A DNA stretch of 20,000 nt from an uncultured virus (IMG/VR IMGVR_UViG_3300042905_004424) (taxonomy: Duplodnaviria > Heunggongvirae > Uroviricota > Caudoviricetes): IMG/VR virus record IMGVR_UViG_3300042905_004424. One strand, given 5' to 3'. The notes beneath the pieces are model-generated. The model searched no databases and had not been told where the DNA came from. It worked only from the letters and a program-made list of their open reading frames with translations. The translations under genes and the position numbers were made by a program. Of this stretch, positions 17,752-20,000 are shown in pieces; within the stretch, counting starts at the first letter, position 1; each line of letters begins with the position of its first letter.

Positions 17752-18197
17752 TGAGAAAACTTATTAAACACATATTAAAAGAAGAAGTATCTAAACAACA
17801 AATAGATAAGGGTATTGATATTGTTATTAACGGATTAAAAAAAGAATTTCCATTTGTTGTTGGTTGGAAATTACATGACAATTATGATGAATATATAACA
17901 AGCATTTATATTGATTTGGTTGTTGAATATGAAAAAGTAAAAGAGTTCTATGGTTTAAAACCTAAAATGACGTATAGCCTTGAATATATTAAAAACAGAC
18001 AAGTGGCATATGTCCTTACTCCATTTAAATATGAAGGCAATTTTGACCCATATATAGAGTCTCAAAAATTAAGTGAATATGTATTTGAAATGTATGAATA
18101 TATACCTGAAGAATTAAAGTTAGAAGAAAAGGATACGTATGGTTCTTCAAGGACTAACTATAAAGCATTAAAAGTTGATGATTTTATTTTTGTTTAA
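17751..18197 (+). CDS. Hypothetical protein with MRKLIKHILKEE leader (148 aa)
   Basis: Start reassigned to ATG 17751 based on the TAATG overlap and the leader alignment. Confidence 0.85.
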   Translation: MRKLIKHILKEEVSKQQIDKGIDIVINGLKKEFPFVVGWKLHDNYDEYITSIYIDLVVEYEKVKEFYGLKPKMTYSLEYIKNRQVAYVLTPFKYEGNFDPYIESQKLSEYVFEMYEYIPEELKLEEKDTYGSSRTNYKALKVDDFIFV

Positions 18198-18520
18198 TGA
18201 GAGGACTAATTAGATACATATTGAAAGAAGAAACAGAAGAAATTGACCAAAAGGTTATGAATTTTCTTGTGCGAAGATATGAAGTTAAAGAAATAAATAT
18301 TGACGACAATATTAGACTTAAAAGGATTCATTTCAAAGTAGATGATGATTATTATAATATTGGAACTTTTGATAATAAAAAAAGACAAGTAAGATTGATT
18401 TTAAATATGTTAGAAGATAATAATGTTACAGAACCAATTGATAATTTTTCAAATGAAAACAATCCATATAGACAAAAAGTTATTAGAACAATTAAAAAGT
18501 TTTTATCCCAAGTAATGTAA
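18197..18520 (+). CDS. Hypothetical protein with MRGLIRYILKEE leader (107 aa)
   Basis: TAATG overlaps at both ends. Confidence 0.85.
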   Translation: MRGLIRYILKEETEEIDQKVMNFLVRRYEVKEINIDDNIRLKRIHFKVDDDYYNIGTFDNKKRQVRLILNMLEDNNVTEPIDNFSNENNPYRQKVIRTIKKFLSQVM

Positions 18521-18954
18521 TGAAAGAGTTAATTAGACACATATTAAAAGAAGAAGAAAATGAAAACCTAAAAGAAAGGTTTGTTAGATCCGCCCAATCC
18601 ATTCCTTATATTATCCAAAGTAATGTAGATTCAAATCTTTTTACAGAAATTGAAATTGGAAGTATTAATTATAATAACAATCATAACAGCATTGATGGTG
18701 AATTGTTAATAACATCTTGGTGTGATGATCCTGACCTTTTTTCGTTTACAAACCAACTGAAATTAGTTGATAAAGAATTGGACACAGTTTTACTTAATTA
18801 TTCATTTACAAGTAACGGTTCTTTTGGGAAAAAGAAAGGTAAATATAATAACTTGATGTGTTGGTTTATTGGTTGTGAATGGAGTGCTGAAGGTGATTAT
18901 ACAATGAAGATGAAATACCATTTTACGCAAGAAGAATATGATGATGGTGAATAA
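18520..18954 (+). CDS. Hypothetical acidic protein with MKELIRHILKEE leader (144 aa)
   Basis: TAATG overlap with the upstream gene. Confidence 0.85.
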   Translation: MKELIRHILKEEENENLKERFVRSAQSIPYIIQSNVDSNLFTEIEIGSINYNNNHNSIDGELLITSWCDDPDLFSFTNQLKLVDKELDTVLLNYSFTSNGSFGKKKGKYNNLMCWFIGCEWSAEGDYTMKMKYHFTQEEYDDGE

Positions 18955-20000
18955 AGATTTAATTAGACATATCTTAAAAGAGGAAACTCGTGACACCAAA
19001 TCAAAACTAATTAAACAAATTGAAGATGAGGGGTTGTATTCTATTGCTGAATTAGTTGGGGGATTAGACAACCTAAAGAAGATACTAAAAGATAACCCCG
19101 AAATGGTTGAAAGAATTGAAAACCAAAAAGGGTTAGTTAAAGTGTCTTGGACAACGGATGGAGACGATCCATCAATTGATTTGCCATTTAAAATTATTGG
19201 TGCAGGGTGGAATATATGGATGACTAATAGTTGGCCAATAGTTAATATTATTTATAATGAAAATAAATTAACTAAAGATGAGAATTATAAATTTAAAGAT
19301 TTTTTATATGATTCTTTTAATGATGAAAGTTCGGTAAGAGTTCTTAAACTTAATAGTGATGAACCTAGAATGCATAAAACCTATGTTCAGTTAGGGGAAA
19401 TAAATGGGAAAACTGCACAAAAAAATACAACCGATTTAAGTCGCAGTTATGATCTGTCTGATATTCGGGAAATAGTAGAAACGTTAGGATATGATAATAT
19501 TATTAAAGAGGAGGTAGATAACACTAAAGAAATTCAAAAAAATTTAAGAACAATTAAGATATTGTTATCTCAAATTAGTTGGGAAGGACTTTGTGATATA
19601 TGGGTAGAATATAATCCTGTTGATAAGGATTATGAAATCAGATCCAAGTCAATAAAAAGACATTTTGATCATGACGAAATTGTTAATGAATTAAATTTTG
19701 TGGAAGAATCAATAAAAGCTATGGGTCTCAGACCTTATGTATTTTCACCATGGCATGTTGATAATTGTGAGGATGAGGTTGAGTTTATGAACGAAAGTAT
19801 AGATAAAAGTGATGAGAAAAGAAACAAGATCATAGAAAAAATTATGGACAACATTATTTTTCCTGAATATAAACATATCATTTGTGGTTATGATGTAAAA
19901 AATGATGAGGTTTTTAATGAACCTGTAGTTAATGTTACTTTTATTGGTGGGTATGGAACAAAACTTTGGCCTACCACACAAGGAATTCAAAAAATGTATA
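18938..20000 (+). CDS. Hypothetical multi-segment protein with NKDLIRHILKEE leader, 3'-truncated (>350 aa); not in ORF track
   Basis: The frame is open from ATG 18938/18941/18944 (or GTG 18947) to the window end: (MMMV)NKDLIRHILKEETRDTKSKLIKQIEDEG...NIIKEEVDN...EFMNESIDK...GGYGTKLWPTTQGIQKMY. Confidence 0.85.
   Translation, partial: MMMVNKDLIRHILKEETRDTKSKLIKQIEDEGLYSIAELVGGLDNLKKILKDNPEMVERIENQKGLVKVSWTTDGDDPSIDLPFKIIGAGWNIWMTNSWPIVNIIYNENKLTKDENYKFKDFLYDSFNDESSVRVLKLNSDEPRMHKTYVQLGEINGKTAQKNTTDLSRSYDLSDIREIVETLGYDNIIKEEVDNTKEIQKNLRTIKILLSQISWEGLCDIWVEYNPVDKDYEIRSKSIKRHFDHDEIVNELNFVEESIKAMGLRPYVFSPWHVDNCEDEVEFMNESIDKSDEKRNKIIEKIMDNIIFPEYKHIICGYDVKNDEVFNEPVVNVTFIGGYGTKLWPTTQGIQKMY

Noticed and set aside
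12104..19990. Other antisense ORFs (12104..12598, 13304..13870, 14397..14663, 15914..16228, 17553..17771, 17636..17881, 18206..18388, 18802..19071, 19745..19990)
   Set aside because: They lie wholly opposite well-supported + strand genes and have the F/L/S/I-rich composition typical of antisense frames.
1..20000. Stop-codon reassignment (alternative genetic code) as in some large phages; tRNA, rRNA or mobile elements
   Set aside because: Genes are full length and tightly packed under code 11, with TAA, TAG and TGA all used as stops. Intergenic gaps are too short and AT-rich for RNA genes, and no transposase, integrase or reverse transcriptase motifs were seen.

Overview
AT-rich, densely coded window, mostly on the + strand, that reads as part of a large (jumbo-type) tailed bacteriophage genome. 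The host is probably a Bacteroidota bacterium; this is inferred from three TATATTTG (TAnnTTTG-type) promoters and the peptidoglycan-targeting enzymes, and no capsid, terminase or portal gene lies in the window. The left part has two paralogous mucin-like Thr/Pro-rich proteins between two glycosyltransferase genes. The middle has a GH24 lysozyme, an orphan UvrC lacking its HhH tail, a PG-binding + alpha/beta-hydrolase-like protein, a 938-aa DHH-phosphoesterase/unknown/GH108-like fusion, a GT2 + LpxH-like metallophosphoesterase pair and a DUF2237 protein. The right part is a translationally coupled array of unrelated acidic proteins that all begin with the same ~12-aa leader (MxxLIRxILKEE). The most striking pattern is that this leader, or a related LxE/IxEE motif, recurs at the N-terminus of about 10 genes, most of them behind a TATTTAT motif or coupled to a gene that has one. 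It also recurs internally between domains. This suggests a capsid-targeting / prohead-protease-processed cargo system, including two small Asp/Glu-free cationic peptides. All family assignments come from motif recognition by eye; no database searches were run.
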